64,000 nucleotides of DNA from Camelus ferus (Eukaryota). The stretch lies in the NCBI RefSeq assembly GCF_009834535.1, contig NC_045697.1, forward strand, positions 5,892,001-5,956,000, read 5' to 3'. The position numbers were made by a program, and so were the translations under genes. The notes beneath the pieces were generated by a model. That model saw only the letters and a program-made list of their open reading frames with translations, was not told the DNA's origin and searched no databases. This document shows, piece by piece, positions 12,520-23,960 of this stretch (its first letter is position 1; each line of letters begins with the position of its first letter).

Positions 12520-12700
12520 ATTGATTCCCACACTTTAGTATGCATTAGACTCATGTAGGGAGCTTGTTAGAGTTCCTGCCTTCCCAGCTACAAGTTCCGC
12601 TTCCAGTGGGCAGGACCGGGGTCTGTGGTGCTTACCTAACCATCTCAGGTGACGCCAGCTCCCTTCCGGGAGCCTCGCCTCAGGAGTCCGTGGGCCCGAG
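12520..12700. mobile_element. MER5A-like hAT MITE
   Basis: 'tgcattagactcatgtagggagcttgttaga', 'taaccatctcaggtgac' resemble a degenerate MER5A consensus. Confidence 0.5.
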
Positions 12701-13819
12701 TTAAGACTCCTGAACGACATTCCCTGACATTGTGTTCTCTTCTGCAGCGTGACTCCGGATGGCTTCAAAGGACATTCCGTGGAGGGAGGCATCATTCCTT
12801 AGTCAGACCCCGATGTTGGACATTTAGAGATATTTAAGTGGTTGCTTGCTTGTTCTTTGCTCTTATAAATGACACCGTGACAAGCATCTTCTGCTGGGTC
12901 TTTGTGCACATTGACAAACGACCCTGTGTGAGATGACTGCATGTGAATGCCAGTTCCGGTTGCTATTAACTTCCCCCTGTTCTAAGCACATTAGTACAGC
13001 CCTAGGGCCTCAGCCTGTGGGTTTCAGGCCCTGCCAAAGAGATAGAGGGAATCACAATAACACTGGGAAGAATTAAGTGGTCCAGAGGTGGTGTTTTGGG
13101 GTGGACATGGGGCATCATCAGAGCTCAGAAAAGTCAGCACCGTCGTGCTGGATTCGGGGCTTCTGAGGAGTGATCTTAAAGATGGATCATCTCTTGGCCG
13201 TAAACAGGAAGAGCCCACAGCGTCAGGGATGGTTATTCCAGCCAGGCAGCTCCGACCCACAAGTAGTCAGTCATCCGGGCTCAACCAGCTTAGGCAGCAA
13301 GGAGAATTTATTACCTTAATGCCAATGCAATTCACAGCAGAGGAACTGGAGTGTGCAATAGACAAGTGTCAAGATCTCTGGGCTAGAGTAAGAGCAGTAC
13401 AACTTAAAATTATAATGAGACACCATTTCCCGTTCATCAGATTGGCAAGGGTGGCCAAGATGAATAAGAAAGGGAACTCACATACGTGAGGTGGGAGAGT
13501 AAATTGGTAAAGCCAGACCGAAGAACAACTGACAACATTGACTCGGGCTGAAGGTGCACATTCCTTAGGACCTGGCGATGCTGCTCCTTGTGTGTGTCCA
13601 GAGATCCCCTCCCCACATGTGTAAGGAGACACGCTCAGAAATGTCTACTGTAGCAGGGCTTGTAATTGGGAAAACATCAGTTAGGAGTAGGAATAGATAA
13701 ATTATGGACTATCCTTACATGGAAGACCACACAGGAGTGAAGAATGGATGGGCCAGAACAACATGTGTCAGCATGTGTAAGTCCCCAAGATAATGTCTAA
13801 TTAAGAAGTAAGTAGCATA

Positions 13820-14636
13820 TAATTATTAGAGAAACACAAGTTGAAACCACAATGAAGTATCACCTCACACCTGTCAGAAAGACCATCGTTAAAAAGTCCA
13901 CAAACAATAAATGCTTGGAGAGGGTGTGGAGAAAAGGGAACCCTCCTACACTGTTGGTGGGAAGATAATTTGATGCAGATACTATGGAAAACAGTATGGA
14001 GATTCCTTAAAAAACTAAAAATAGAGTTACCCTATTATCCAGCAATCCCACTCCTGGGCATATATTGAGAGAAAACTCTAATTCCAAAAGATACATGCGC
14101 CCTGATGTTCATAGCAGCACTATTTACAGTAGCCAAGACATGGAAGTGACCTAAATGTCCATTGGCAGATAACTGGATAAAGAAGACGTGGTGTATATGT
14201 ATACACAATGGATCATTAGCCATAAAGAAGAATGAAATAATGCCATTTGGAGCAACATGGATGGACCTACAGATTATCATACTAAGTGAAAGATAAATAT
14301 ATGATATCACTTATATGTGGAATCTAAAAAAAATGACAGAAATTTAGTTACAAAACAAAAAAGAGACTCACAGACATAGAAAACTAAGTTATGGCTACCA
14401 AAGGGGAAAGGGAGGGGCACGGATTAATTAGGAGTTTGGGATTAACATATACACACTACTATATATAAGATAAACAACAAGGACCTACTGTATAGCAGAG
14501 CGAACCATATTCAATATCTTGTAATAACCTATGATGAAAAACAATATAAAAGTATATATGTGTATAACTGAATCACTTTGCTGTACACCTGAAACTAACA
14601 CAATATTGTAAATCAACTATATGTCAATAAAAAAAT
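13820..14636 (+). mobile_element. 5'-truncated L1 (ORF2 C-terminal part + 3' UTR + polyA) inserted into an older L1ME-like element
   Basis: Canonical L1 3' sequence ('gagggtgtggagaaaagggaaccctcctacactgttggtgggaa', 'ccagcaatcccactcctgggcatata', 'gctgtacacctgaaactaacacaatattgtaaatcaactat', AATAAA-polyA). Flanked by direct repeat AGTAGCATA at 13811-13819 and 14639-14647. Older L1 sequence continues on both sides (~13370-13810, ~14650-14955). Confidence 0.9.
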
Positions 14637-15695
14637 TCAGTAGCATAAAGGTATGATTGGTATGATACTATTAATATAATGTTTAAAAACAGGCAAAACA
14701 ATTCTTGATACTTAGAGGATACATATACATGCAGTAAAATGATCAAAATATATGAGGAAAGGGTGCACCCCAAGTTCAGCACAGGGGTGACCTGCGGGCT
14801 GGGAGGGAGGGGCAGGACCAGAGTGGAGACTAAGCTGAATGCGTTCTGTGTCTGACATGTTTATGCCTTTGACAAAGTGACGGGTATAAAAGTAGTCATT
14901 ATGTTTCCTTCTGTGCTTTTTTATATGCATGAGCTATTTCATAATAAAAACATTTGAAAGAAAGAGAAAAGAACGTCAGTGTAAGGAAGACAAACTCAGA
15001 GTCGTCACGGAAGGTAAATTTGCAATATTCACGCACCACTGCTGGGAGGAGGGTGTTAAGGCCACTGCCCTGCGGTCTTCCAGGAAGGTGGATCCCTGAG
15101 GTGGGGCAGCTCAATGTCGTTAGCTGTAAACGTCACCTCCAACTGACTCCCCAGGGATGATTCCATGTTCAGCGGGAAACCCGACCTGGATTTGCCTTCT
15201 GATGTGGGTCCTCACTGTGGAGACTGATGCTCTGGGCATTCCAGTTGACAGCAAAATCCTACCTTGTTCCTATGTGTTACAACTTGACCTGGGAGGAGCC
15301 TGCGCATTTGGCAGCTTGAGGTCATTTATCCCTGACCCCCATCAAGGCAGGATTTGAACTCGTGATTTTTGGGTACTGTGACTGTTTTTTTCATTTATCT
15401 TAAATGCTTTCATTTCCTGTAAGAATACCTGCATGGTGTCCTTGAACATAATTTATTAAAACTTCCATTCCTGGAGATACTCAGTAATTTATACAGATGC
15501 ATGATGGAATATTAGGTTTGGTGATATACTGGCCATTTCTTTCTAGCACAGATAGTTAATTATTAAAATCTGCATTGTGATTTATATGTTTTCTAGGTAA
15601 AATATATCATAATCAATGATCCAGCTAGATTATATGATATATTTTATATACCTTCTAGTTCTAACACTCCAAAATCTATTCAACAATTTCAAATA

Positions 15696-16310
15696 CTTTT
15701 AAAAAATTGAAGTATAGCTAATTCACAATGTGTTAGTTTCAGGTGTACAACAAAGTGATATATATATATATATATGTATATATAATTTTTTTCAGATTCT
15801 TTTCCATTACAGGTTATTACAAGAAGTTGAACATAGTTCCCTGTGCTATACAGTAGGACATTGTTTTTTTTAAATCTATTTTAGGTATAGTAGTGTGTAT
15901 ATGTTAATCCCAAACTCCTGACTTATCCCCTCCCCCCAACTTTCCCCTTTGGTAACCAAAAATTTGTTTTCTATGTCTGTGAGTCCATTTCTCTTTTGTA
16001 AATAAGTTCATTTGTGTAATTTTTTAAGATTCTGCATGTAAGTGGTATCACATGCTATTTGTCTTTCTCTGACTTACTTCACTTAGTATGATAATCTCTA
16101 GGTCCATTCATGTTTCTGTAAATGGCATTATTTTATTCTTTTCTTTCTTTCTTTTTATCATTGAGCAATATTCCATTGTATAAATATACCACAACTTCTG
16201 TATCCAGTCATCTGTCAATGGACATTTAGGTTGCTTCCTTGTCTTGGCTGTTGTAAATAGTGCTGCTGTGAGCACTGCGGTGCATGTATCTTTTTGAATT
16301 AGAGTTTTGC
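15696..16310 (-). mobile_element. L1 3' end, antisense
   Basis: 'attgaagtatagctaattcacaatgtgttagtttcaggtgtacaacaaagtga...aggttattacaagaagttgaacatagttccctgtgctatacagtagg...aatggacatttaggttgcttcc'. Confidence 0.9.
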
Positions 16311-18597
16311 TCCATTACCATGGGCTCTTGGTGAGGCTGAATGGAGGGGACGAGAACTTTGGAGTTGACACGCAGGGTCACAACCAGCCCCACGGCGTCT
16401 GAGTGTGCATTAGAAAAGATGTCCCTTCCACAAGCCCTTTTATGACCTCCTGTGCCAAACCCCACCAGCATCTGCCTAGTCCTCCGTGACTAAATGTCAG
16501 ATTAGATTCCTTTGTCTCCCCGCGCCAACATCAGTGATGAAGTCCCGTTGGAGTAATTACTACTCCTGCCTGCCTGTGACTTCCAGGTAACCAAGAACCT
16601 GCAGTGTCTGTCTGCCTGTGAAGTCTCAGCTCCGCGCTGACCTCATTAGATAAGCATCACTACCCTAACAGAGGGAAAGGAACTTTGATCATGCCCGCAT
16701 TCCGAGGAAGTTGTAGCATTTGAATTATGCCTTTTAAAAACTCATTGCCTTTCCTATTAGACATGTCATCTTAAAAAGAAAGTCAATTCAGTAAAAATAT
16801 CTGTCAAAAAATTGCTTGAGGATGTGTGTGCAGAAAAATCCATCAACTGACATAATGTTTCCCTTTTGGCTCGGTTATAAATTGCTACACTTGGTCTCCA
16901 ATTGTGAAGAGCGGAAACCGTTGGAAACTGGTTCTTGGGCGGGACTGTGATTGCGAGCCTTGCAGTGAAAGAGCACGAACAGCAGGGGGCGCTGGTGCCT
17001 TTCCGTCTGAGTCCTCACCTGCGCTTGCAGTTCAAACAGGGGAGATGCGGTGGGTCCGCAGAGGCCTCCATTTTAGTCTCTCCACAGCTTTGGGTCCCCT
17101 CGATGTGTCAGAGATGGCTGTCCCCTCTCCCAGGGGAGGGCGGGGAAGATTCTGAGTTCTCACAGGGAAGCTGAGAACTAGGTACGGTTTCAACAAAGAC
17201 TTTGCCTCCACCTGCCGTCACCACCTCCCATTCCCCGGGGGTCGGGAGGCTGGCGATCCTTGTCTATCAAGAGGTTTGGAGGGAAATGGTGTTTGTAGGG
17301 TGCTCTCTGAGAGGAGGGCATCAGGCTGGGGCGGAACCTGGTCAGGGCAGCTGGCGGGGAGGGCGCTCCGTGAGGTCTGGTGGGGAATGACATTAGCTAG
17401 TCCTCAGAGCAGACCCCAGGGGAGCATGGGGAGGGGACAGGGGGATGAGTGCAATGTTTCAATGCCCAAAAGCGAGGGTGATTCTGGTGTGATGTTTCAG
17501 CCACATCAATAACACATGAAACGTCACAGTGATGACGGTATGCTAATCGTCTGAAACACTTAAATCAAGTCACCTGCTAAAAGCCCTTCAATGGTTTCCC
17601 GTTGCTTTTAGAAGGAGGTACAAACTCCTAACCGTGCTGGATGGGGATCTTCGGCTTCACCTTCTCATGCCAGTCCCTTCCTCGGCCCCCGCTCCCCCTC
17701 TGCCACCCCCGCAGGCATGCCCAGCTGCCCGGCTGCAGCCACGTGCGTCTCCACACACATCCCCCCATCCTTGGAGACTCCAAACTCTCCTGCTCCCCAG
17801 GATCTTTGCAGTGGTCCCCGCCCCCCGCCCCGTTCCGTGGGGAGGATCAGTCTCTTGCTCGCGCTCGGGTCCTCCGTCTGAACAGACCCATATTGTGCTT
17901 CACCTTGGCCCCTTTGCCACTACTTGCGTAGTTGTTAGCTTAGTTGTTGGCTTTTTTCTTCTTTTTTTCTTTTTTTATCTTTTGTGCTTGTCTCTCCCTG
18001 ATCCCACTGTCAGCCTTGGGAGGGCCGGGCTTTGCCTCTCTCTCCCCCCACCCCGGGCCTCACCACGTGGGCTGCATGACCACGTGTGCTGCCCCCACGA
18101 CCCCCGACCATTGCAGGGCCTGGGGAGGCGCCGGGAACGCGGCGGGAGCTCATGTCTGACATGTTTCCTCGAACAGCTTTTCGGATCTTGGGAGAGAATC
18201 CGCCGGCTTCTACCCCGCTTTTAGTTCCTCGTCCGCCTTTAAGGCACAAGAGGGCGCTTTAAGCCTGGTTGTTGATAACGAGTCCAGAAGACCGCAGTAT
18301 CAGGACGTCCTCCTCTCCGCCTGGCGCTCCACCAGGCGGGGAGCAGGGGACCCCGTTCTACGGAGGGTGCAGCTGTGGCCCGCTCTCCTCTCGGTAGGGA
18401 AGAACCAGCAGCCAGTTCTTCCCGCTGGGGCAGGAAGTGATTGAACTGTCTCCCTGACAGCCTCAGGGCCGCCTACGTGTCTGGGCAGGTGCTTCTGGAA
18501 CCTCCGTCTTGGGTGATTTGGTCTAAGCCAAGCGTGGCGAACGCCCCCACCTTCGCGGGGCAATGGTGTGGAGGTGGGCGTGTGAACAGCTCTAGAT

Positions 18598-18755
18598 CAG
18601 GTGTGGGCAAACTACGTCCATGAGTTAAGAGTGGTTTTTACATTTTTGAAAAGTTGTTAAAAAAAAAAAACATACTCAAAAAGAATATACTGCAGAGACC
18701 ATAGATGGCCATATTGACTATCTGGCCCTTTACAGAAAACATTTGCTGACCCCTG
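18598..18755. mobile_element. MER58-type hAT MITE
   Basis: Terminal inverted repeats 'caggtgtgggcaaac' and 'tttgctgacccctg'; internal 'tactgcagagacc', 'tctggccctttacagaaaa'. Confidence 0.8.
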
Positions 18756-19060
18756 GTCCTCACAATGAGAGGTAGGGTCCGCTGCCTGATAGCCCTGGCA
18801 GGATTCTCATCCCTTATGAGATGAGGAGGAGGTCTGCCTTTCTTCTTGCCTAGATGTGGTTGTGGGAGAAAGTCAAGCTTGGAGCTGCGGCAGCCAGTTT
18901 GTGACCATGAAGCAAGCAGCCCAAGAATGAGAGACCTGTGTGCCAAGGAAAGAGACAGAGGGAGGCTGGGTCTTCAGATACACTGCTGAGCTGCTGTCTG
19001 ATCCTGAGCTTTCTTCTCTGGACTCCTTGTTATGGGAGATAATCGTGATTGTTCTTTAAG

Positions 19061-19287
19061 CAAAGGGTGGGCAAACAGTTTCTGTAGAGGGCAAGGTAGA
19101 AAACATTTTAGGTTTTGTGGACCATAAGTTCTCTTTTGCAACCACTCAACTCTGCCACTGGAGCATGAAAGCAGACACAAGTGCTATATAAAGGAGTGGG
19201 CATGGCTGTGCCAATAAAACTTCATTTACCCAAAAAGGCAGCGGGTGGGATCTGGCCCTGGAGCTGGAGTTTGCTGACAGACCCCTG
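19061..19287. mobile_element. MER58A hAT MITE
   Basis: 'gggcaaacagtttctgtagagggc...ttttgcaaccactcaactctgccactg...gggcatggctgtgccaataaaactt...gtttgctgac..acccctg'. Confidence 0.85.
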
Positions 19288-20436
19288 CTGTCTGTCGGGT
19301 TTTTTGTTACTTGCACCTATCCTCACTGGCACTCCCTAAAGTTGGCCTCAGCTCAGAAGCCCTGCGTTCTCTTGGGGAGGGATAAGCCTGGGAGTGGGTG
19401 GGGCCTGCAGCCCTGGCTGATGGAGGATTAACACAAAGTGCACCCGCTGGTACATCCTTTTCTATGTGTGGGCATCCTGCCGTCCTAGTGCTTCCTCCAG
19501 TATCTTTCCATAGTCCTAACGATTGCCGTGTGAGCACACGACTTTGACAAAAATGCTCTTACCTTTTCCGGGAATGTGATCTAGGGAATGACTGGTGTCC
19601 CTGGATGTTCTGCTCTGGCTGCAGTCAGCCCTTCACCCACCCCATCTGGCAGGGGATGGTGTGGCCCATTCACTGGGCAGGACTGAGTCCCATAGAGCAA
19701 CAGCGTGGTGGCAGCTGTGCCCACCGAGTCACAGAGCCAGAGAGTGGTTGGAGGAGGAGTAGGGGAGTTTACCTTCCCTGACTGAGCACAGTCCCCAGAA
19801 GTACAATTTCTCCAACAATTCGAAGGTGATGTGATGACACAATGATGATTAAGACCATGGCCATCACCAGAACCACTGATGCACTGCAGAGGCAGGTGGA
19901 CTCTGTCCTTGGTGTTAGCATCCAGGCGTTCCTAGGGTGCTATGCTGGACCCTGAAAAAAGACCGTTTCAGCAAGAGTGAGAGGTGAGACTTCTGCAAAA
20001 GGGCCCTGATTCTGTCGTCCCCCATGCACACTCAGCTGGGGCTGCCAGCTAACAGGTCCCTGATGAATGGTGCTTCCCTGGCAGAAGTGTGGCTCGGGAG
20101 AGGGACAAGGATTTGGGTGTAGGTTCAGGTCTCCGCTGCAAGTTACCTTGCCCTCCTTGCACCTTGGTCTCCTCCTCTGTAAGACAGTGGGAATAGAATG
20201 ACACACCTTAAAGAGTCATTGAAAGAATAAACTGAAATGATGCACATAAAGCTGGAACCAAAGAGTCTGGCAGGCAGCAAGCTCTTATTACGGCCACATG
20301 GACAGTTTCAGGTCTCTGCCTCCAGGGACCGCTGCTGAGTGTGGGCTGGCTGTTGCTCTTTGCACAGACGTGCAAAGAATTTCTTGTGCTCCAAGAAATT
20401 CTCAGATCGCTGGTCCTCTGTGTGACTCAGAGAGCC

Positions 20437-20889
20437 TATAGGAGGGCAGACAATACCCCCAAAGCTGTTCACATCCTAATCCCTGGAGCCTGTGAATAGG
20501 TCACCTTAGAAGAAAAAAGAGACTTTGCAGATGTGATTAAGTCGAGGATCTCAAGGTGGGAGATTCTCCTGGAATATCTGGACTAGCCTGGAGGTAGTCA
20601 CAAGTGTCCTCATGAAAGGAAGTTTTAACTACAGAAGAGGAGGAGGCAGCGTGATCACAGAGGGAGAGATTCAGGTGATGTGGCCACAAGCCAAGGAATG
20701 CCGGCAGCCGCCAGAATCTGGAAGAGGCAGGGATGGAATTCTCTAAGGCCTCTGCCCATGGCTCTGCCAACACCTTAATTTCAGTCCAATAAGACTCAGT
20801 TGGGACTTCTGAGGTCCAGAAGAGTGATAATAAATTTGTTTTAAGCCACTAAATTTGCAGTGGTTTGTTATAGCAACACAGAAGATGCA
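20437..20889 (+). mobile_element. MLT1 (MLT1D-like) LTR
   Basis: 'cacatcctaatccctggagcctgtgaata', 'gactttgcagatgtgattaagt', 'gccacaagccaaggaatgccggcagccgccagaa', 'ttttaagccactaaatttg'. Confidence 0.85.
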
Positions 20890-21319
20890 GAGTCTTTTAC
20901 CCAGGAAAGGGCTGGGTGGTCTGGGGTACTACCAAGCCCTCCGAGTCTCGGCTTCCCCATCTGCAGACGGAGGGGTAAGCAGCACAAATAGGGTCTTGGC
21001 TTCAGTGCCACACTCCCTCCGGTTCAGTGTCTCTGGCCTCCCTTCTCGGAGCTGTTCGCAGACTCATTACCCTCCTCTTGGCCATTTGGTGCTGGCATTC
21101 CTAGGAGGGCTGTTCTGGGTCCTCTTGGCTTCTCACTGCTCTCCTCAATGGTCTAGTTCTTTGCCAAGGGCTCGCTTACCGTGCAGATACCGTTGACTCA
21201 GAAATTTGCATTTTCAGCCTGACTTCTCAGCTGCAGGCTGGCTGTTCCCAGCACCCTGCTTAGATGTCACAAAGGCGCTTTATACTGCATGTGTCCAGCA
21301 CCAAAGTCAAGACTTCCCG

Positions 21320-22210
21320 CTCCTCTGGCCAGTTCCCTCCTCCCATATCTTCCGTCCCAATGGATTTTGTACCAGCCTTTGTCTGTTATTCAAGCCAGGC
21401 ATACAAAGGCTGTCTTTACACTGCCTTTAGCCACACCTGTCACCTCTAGCCCCAAACACCTTGGTTCCATCCACTCCCCCCTACTTCCAATGCCACCACC
21501 TACTCCAAGTCACAGTCGTCTCCACCTGGGTCTTCTGAAGTAGCTTCCTTACCCATTTCTCCAATTCATCCCTTGCCTCTACCAGTTTGTCGTCTGAACT
21601 GTAGCTGGAGTGGTGTTTGAGAAAGGATAGAAGCTCCTGTCCCTCCCCTGCCCAACATCTTCCAGTAGCTTCTCCTTGCTGTTGAGACAGAGAAACTCAC
21701 CTTGGCCCTGGGTCCTGTGTGGTCTCTCTTGCCCACCTCTCAACCTGATCTCATATCCACTTTCCTTGTGCTTCACTTTTCCTCTGTGCTCCATCACACT
21801 GAGCAGCCTCTTTAGTTTTTTGAATGTGTTATGGTCCCTCCTGCCCCAGGACCTTTGCACCTGCTGCTTCCTCTTCCTTTCAGTCAGTTAATTCCCACTC
21901 ATCTTTCAGATCTCCATCCAAACAATGGTTTCTCAAGGAAGTCTTCACATACCTCTTGACCAAGTCTGGTGTCCCTATTATGAACTCTTGCAACGCCATC
22001 TAGCTTTCCTTCATTTTGTCTCTTGTAACTTTTAATCATAGAATTATGTGTTGGATTGTTTGAATAGTGGTCCCTTTTTAAGAAAAATCACTTAACTATA
22101 AGCCTCAAGAGGGAGAAAGAGTGTCTGTCCCACCCCCCAAGTGTGTCCCCAGTGGCAGGAGAGGAGGAACTCCGTAATCGTTGTCAAATGAGCAAATCAG
22201 TGAATGAATG
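21320..22210 (+). mobile_element. L2 LINE 3' fragment
   Basis: Pyrimidine-rich L2 pattern 'ctcctgccccaggacctttgcacctgctg', 'ctcatctttcagatctc', ending in the 'tgaatgaatg' tail. Confidence 0.65.
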
Positions 22211-23094
22211 CTTAAAGATCTTTTGAGGCAAAACCAAGGAGCTGGGAGATACTGTCAATACTACAGAAATCTCAGTAAGAAAGCATGTATTTATTTGATA
22301 TTTGGCTATGAAGGTTAAGAAGTTATTTATTTATTTGCCATTGGAAAACCTCAGATAAACTTGACGAGGTCACCTTTTCCTGGCACCACTTCCTAAGTGA
22401 GCTGTGAAGGGGCTTCTGTGCTTCAGGTGGAGAGCTGTGACGGGGGAGTTACAGACTGTGAACCCCCAGGGCTGGGGACTGGGTCTTCCTTTTTAATTCC
22501 GACGTTCAGCACCGGGTCAACTGAGCAAGACTCAGCAGAGACTAATGACGCACACACTGGACAATGCCTTCCCAGAAGCGACTTCTTCGCTTGCTAAGAA
22601 AGTCCTAATTTTGGTTGGGGATGCAAAGTGCCCAGTCTCAGGTGCTGGATCATGGTTTATTCAAGTCAAGCACAGGCACTTTGTTCCCTTGAAACAGTTT
22701 GTGGTCTGCCTTGTAACTAGGGGTGGCCAAGTGGTTCACTTTTGGCTAATAAGACATAAGGTCCTTCTAAGAAGCTTTTCTTCACTGGTGACAAGTTACA
22801 GACGCATAAAGAAAAGTCCCCCTGAGATAGTTTCCCCCCGATTTGCTCCCGGAGTTTGAACTTGATCGTGATGCCTGCAGCTGTAGCATCCTGTGACCAC
22901 GAGGCTCCAAGGACACAAAGGTGGAGCATTTGGATGAAAAGATGAAAAGACTCTGGGTCTTCAGTTGTATCATGGAGCTTCTGCACCAGCCCTGGTCTGC
23001 TCCCTCTGAACTTCCTGTTATATACGTCTCTATTGCATAAGCCGTGAATAGTCAGGCTTTCTGTTACGCACAGCTGAAAGCACTCTTAATCAAT

Positions 23095-23960
23095 GTATTT
23101 ATTTAAAATTTCTTTTACTTTGAAATAATTTCCAGCTTACAGAAGAGTTGTAAGATGAAAAATGTTCAGATACCCTTCACCCAGATTCACCAATTGTTCT
23201 TAATGCCATTTGCTTTCTCTCTTTACTCCGTATCTGATCTGATCTGACCTGGGTCTTCTCCTGAAGCATGTGAAGCTTAGGTTAGACATCTGGCTCCTTT
23301 TCCCTTAAACTTTCTAGCGAATGTTCTCTAAGAAGAAGGGGGGTCCAGTGATCAAATTCAGGACATTTAAGGTTAGGTTGCTGCCATGCCACTGCCCAGT
23401 TGTCAATAACTGTCACTGGTCAACAGTCTAATTGTCAGTAATTGTCTAACGTACAGCCCACACTGAACATGTTGCCAATTGCCACAGTAACATGCTTTGT
23501 TAGGACGTTATCAGGTCTTGCCCTGATCCCTGGTCTGCCTCCGCAGGCCCCTTCAGTCCGGAACGGTCCCTTGGCCCTCCTTTGCCTGTGTGACATTGAT
23601 ACTTCAGGAGAGTTCAGGCCAGCTGTTCCATCTGGATTTGTCTGATGTTTCCTCAGGGAGCAGGGACACCACATGAGGATGCCACGTCCTTGGGGCATCA
23701 CGTGGAGAGCCACTCAGCGTCTGTTTGCCCTACTCCTGGGGGTGCCACTCTGTTCACTTTGTTAAGTTTTCTCAGCTGTAAAGTTACCATTTTTCTCTCT
23801 GTAATGAACAAATAATATGAATGGAGCTTTGAGACTGTGCAGATATCCTGGTCCTCTCCAAACTTTTACTTAGTGATGATTCTTGTCTAAATCAATTATT
23901 ACTAGTATGGCTGCAAGATGTGATTTTCTCATTCTTTTGTTCCTTTGATGTTTATTAATT
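23095..23960 (-). mobile_element. Old L1 (L1MC/ME-like) 3' fragment
   Basis: 'ttttactttgaaataatttccagcttacagaagagttg', 'atacccttcacccagattcacca', 'ctgtaaagttaccatttt', 'tttgagactgtgcagatatcctg'. Confidence 0.75.
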
